Assembly (NCBI GenBank): GCA_964016885.1 | Contig: OZ024740.1 | Span: forward strand, 165,168,001-165,232,000 | Direction of reading: 5' to 3' | DNA: 64,000 bases | Source of the DNA: Eledone cirrhosa | Taxonomy: Eukaryota | Part shown: piece after piece, positions 60,607 through 64,000 of the stretch | Numbering within the stretch: the stretch's first letter is position 1 | Layout: the number at the start of each line of letters is the position of its first letter | Notes under the pieces: model-generated | What the model was told of the DNA's origin: nothing | The model's database searches: none | The model's input: only the letters and a program-made list of their open reading frames with translations | Translations under genes and position numbers: made by a program

Positions 60607-61860
60607 ATGAAGGAATGATAAGATCTGAATACATTCGGAGAATAAGGAGCGTATTAAAGTCACATCTGAACAGTAGGAATGCCATAAGTGCAGTAAATTC
60701 CCGAGCTGTATCTATTACTAGGTACAGGGCGGGAATTCTGAGATGGAATGTTGCTGAACAAAAAGAAATGGATAGGAAGACTAGGAAGCTATTGAATATC
60801 TACAACATGTTCCACAAGTGGCGTGATGTCGATAGACTCTACTTAAGGAGATCTGAAGGTGGAAGAGGTCTTATCAGCATAGAGGACTGTGTTCAGATGG
60901 AGAAAAACAACCTACACAAATACGTGACTGATAGTAAGGAGCCAATGCTCAGAACTGTACTGAAGGAGAGGACAATAGACCAGGGGATGTCAGGCGAGGA
61001 AATAACAACAAGGAGAAAGAGCAGCCTTCATGAAAAATCCCTTCATAGTACCTTCTTTGAGAAAACTGAATTCAGAGATCCACAGACATGGAACTGGTTG
61101 AAAAGAGGAGACATTAAAAAGGCTACAAAAGGAATGCTAATGGCTGCGCAAGATCAAGCCCTCAAAACGAAGTGGTTGAAACACCATATTTACAAGGAGG
61201 CTAGCCCACTGTGCAGGATCTGTGGAGAGAGAGAGTAGATGTGGCTCACATTGTATCCGAGTGTAAACACCTAGCCCAGACTCACTATAAGGGCTGGAGA
61301 CATGATGTGATGGGCAGGGTGATCCACTGGCACCTATGCAAAGTAAACAATTTACCACATTCTGAGAAGTGTTATGAGCATAAGCCAGAGTCGGTGATAG
61401 AAAACGATCAGGTGAAGGTGCTGTGGGATTATAGGATACAGACGGACAAGAAACTGGAACACAATAGACCTGACCTGGTGGTTTTGGACAAGGAAAACAG
61501 ATCGTGCCTGATTGTGGATGTGACCTTCCCATTCGACACGAGAGTGAAAGAGAAGGACAGGGAGAAAATTAATCGATACCATGACTTAAAGTGGGAGGTA
61601 AAAAGGATTTGGAACTGCCATGAAGTCAAAGTGGTCCCGATTGTCATAGGCGCACTAGCTACTATCTCAAAAAGTTTCCAGGGATGGTTAAAGAAAATTG
61701 GCCCCGCCACGCTTTTTGGAACGCTTCAAAAGGCATGCTTGCTGGGAACAGCAAGAACCCTCCGATACTTCCTGAATATCTGAGGCTGCAGGTAGTGGCT
61801 TGATATTCATTTCAACAATCTTTCCAGTTAACTAACATCAATGACTGAGACTCAAAGAAC
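60607..61860 (+). mobile_element. 5'-truncated R4/Dong-clade non-LTR element (thumb, CCHC finger, restriction-like endonuclease)
   Basis: DVDRLYLRRSEGGRGL, CRICG..HIVSEC, RHD, NRPDLVV..IVDV..KINRY; stop at 61783; (TAA)n on both sides. Confidence 0.88.
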
Positions 61861-61920
<60 letters not shown>

Positions 61921-61921
<1 letters not shown>

Positions 61922-64000
61922 TTTTCTTTATTAACCACAAGGGTTCACATAAAGTAGACATTAAGGACAGTACAGGACAATACAGGACGGTACAAATGGG
62001 CATTTCTGCGTGTAAAAAAACAGAGGTTGAAATAAAATAACAAAGAAAAATTCCCCAATAGGGGGGAGACTTCCGAGGGACATTTGTGGAGAAAGCCCAT
62101 TAAAAGACCACAGTGACCCTGACCACCAGGGCAAGTGCCCTCTCCCAGTTTTCCACCTTTAATTTACAGACACATACTCAGAGAAGGCCCATTCATTCGG
62201 GCCATACTTGCTTCTCTCACCCATCTTTCAACAAAATGCTGGGAAGAGAGCACTTCCCTCTCTACCCTGATTTTCCTTTTCAAATGAAATTTGAAAAAGT
62301 TAATCAGGGCATCACCGAAGAGGTAAGTGCTCGTCTTCAGCCCTTTCAAACGTGTCCACCATACTATCTCTTTCGCCATGGCCACCAGACAGATAAAAAC
62401 TGCCTGCCCTTCCAGGCTAAAGGAAGGGGGCGGGGCAATCCTCACGATGGACTCAGCTGATAGCCGGATAGGTCCTACACGTGACAGCAGGTGTTCGACA
62501 TAAACCTACAAGTCAGCAATGCTCGGACACTGGACGAGTGCGTGCAGGACGGTTTCGTCGCCCTGCGCGCATCTCGGACATGCCCGGCTGACGGCACCTC
62601 CATGCCTGTAGAGTTTATCCCGAACTGGCAAAGCTCCTCGGTAGCACTGCCAGGCCAGGGATTTCTGGAAGTTGTCCATAGGCCCCGGCCCGAAAGTCCT
62701 TCCGAAGAGATTGGCCAGTTGATTTTCGTCGACGCCTAGAGTTTCCCCAAGTACGTCGTCGCTCTTCCCCTCCACTAATCCCCTATAGAACGCCAAGGTG
62801 GAGTTTCCACCGATCACATTGCCCGATTGGTCGAGGGCTGTGAGCGCCTGAAGACATTCCAGTCTCCAAGCGCTCCCTCTCGGTCTTCGCTTGACCCAGG
62901 ACTGCAGCTCCGTCAAGGAGACGAGCTGGGGAAAAACGTGTCTTGCAAACGGCGACCACACCTGATCACCGTCGAGGAAGAGGTGGAGATGTCGTAGCCT
63001 GAGCGCGTGTCTGCGCATCATCAGCCACGGCATGCCCAGCCCTCCACGTAGCGGGTGTTGACAGCAGATGGACCGCCTGACCATCGGAGCGCGTCCCTTC
63101 CACAAGAAGCGAAAGAGCAAACGCTCCAGCGCAGTCAGGCGGGGCTTAGGACAAGGTACGACGGTCAGGCGGTAGTAGATGACGGATGCGATGTACGCAT
63201 TCTCCACCTCCGCTCGACCTTTCAGGGATAGCTTCCTCTCGGCCCATTTCTGGGTGAGAGAAGCCACCCTGCTCGTCACCTCGTCCCAGTTTTTGTCCGT
63301 CTGGAGGTCTGGACCGAACCAGACCCCTAGCAATTTAACCGGTCCGTCCGTCCAGCGCCCGACGACGCTGTTGGACGGCATGGACCTGCCTCTCCAGGTG
63401 CCGAGCTGCAGGCCCACTGACTTTTCCTGGTTGATCATTGCTCCTGTCACCGCTTCGTATTCTCTTAGTGTAGTGCCGATCGCCTCGATGTGTTTGGCGT
63501 TCGACACCACTACGGTGACATCGCCGGCATATGCTGACACGGATCTTCCGCATCCTAGTTCGCGCGGGACCCCCCTCAACGTCTCCAGTTTGTGCAGTAA
63601 TGGCTCGAGAGTCAATACGTACAATAGGGACGAGAGGGGACATCCTTGGCGGACCGAGCACATGATGTTGAACGGTTCCGAAAGGTGACCGTTCACTCTC
63701 ACTACAGAGCAGATGTCGCTGTGCATGGCAGCGATCCAGCCTCTGAAGACGGGCCCAAAGCCAGCCGCCCTCAGGACTGCCGCTAGGTAACGATGGTCGA
63801 ACCTATCGAAGGCTTTCGACTGATCTAAATTGATCAAAGACCCACCCGTGCCAGGTTCCCTAGCTACCCTCTCTACGATGTATCGCATGAGGTGGAGGTT
63901 GTCGTGGATGGATCTGTCGGGAATGGCGCATGTCTGTGCCTCTCCCACCAGACCACCAACGACAAGCGCCAACCTCTTTGCTAGCACCTTGGCCAAAATC
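61921..64000 (-). mobile_element. second Tx1/L1-type element (RT and 3' end), running off the window
   Basis: ORF 62506-63996 homologous to 57314-59034; YADD mutated to YAGD; AATAAA then (ATT)n. Confidence 0.93.

Noticed and set aside
57391-63688. Plus-strand and alternative-frame ORFs overlapping the LINEs
   Set aside because: Shadow ORFs of GC-rich retrotransposon coding sequence

Overview
AT-rich, microsatellite-saturated eukaryotic DNA, most likely intronic or intergenic sequence from a coleoid cephalopod, probably an octopod. That assignment is an inference from the tRNA-derived SINE family, the PHD-containing RTE LINE and the density of (TA)n/(CA)n tracts. No intact host gene is recognisable, and most ORF-track entries are microsatellite artefacts. 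Protein-coding remnants all belong to mobile elements: a Naiad-type Penelope-like element (PLE), a second PLE lineage in three copies, RTE LINE pieces, two Tx1/L1-type LINEs, an R4/Dong-type RLE element and a decayed mariner. Non-coding mobile elements include two non-autonomous Helitrons, two possible MITEs and many SINEs. The most striking unexplained layer is a set of small non-coding inserts sitting inside (TA)n tracts. About 20 minimal type I hammerhead-ribozyme (HHR) motifs from roughly ten sequence families were read by eye. They lie in snap-back palindromes or in 320-660 nt head-to-tail units that look like PLE-mobilised retrozymes, and some carry non-standard catalytic cores (U3-A8, A13C). 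All coordinates and folds are manual and approximate.
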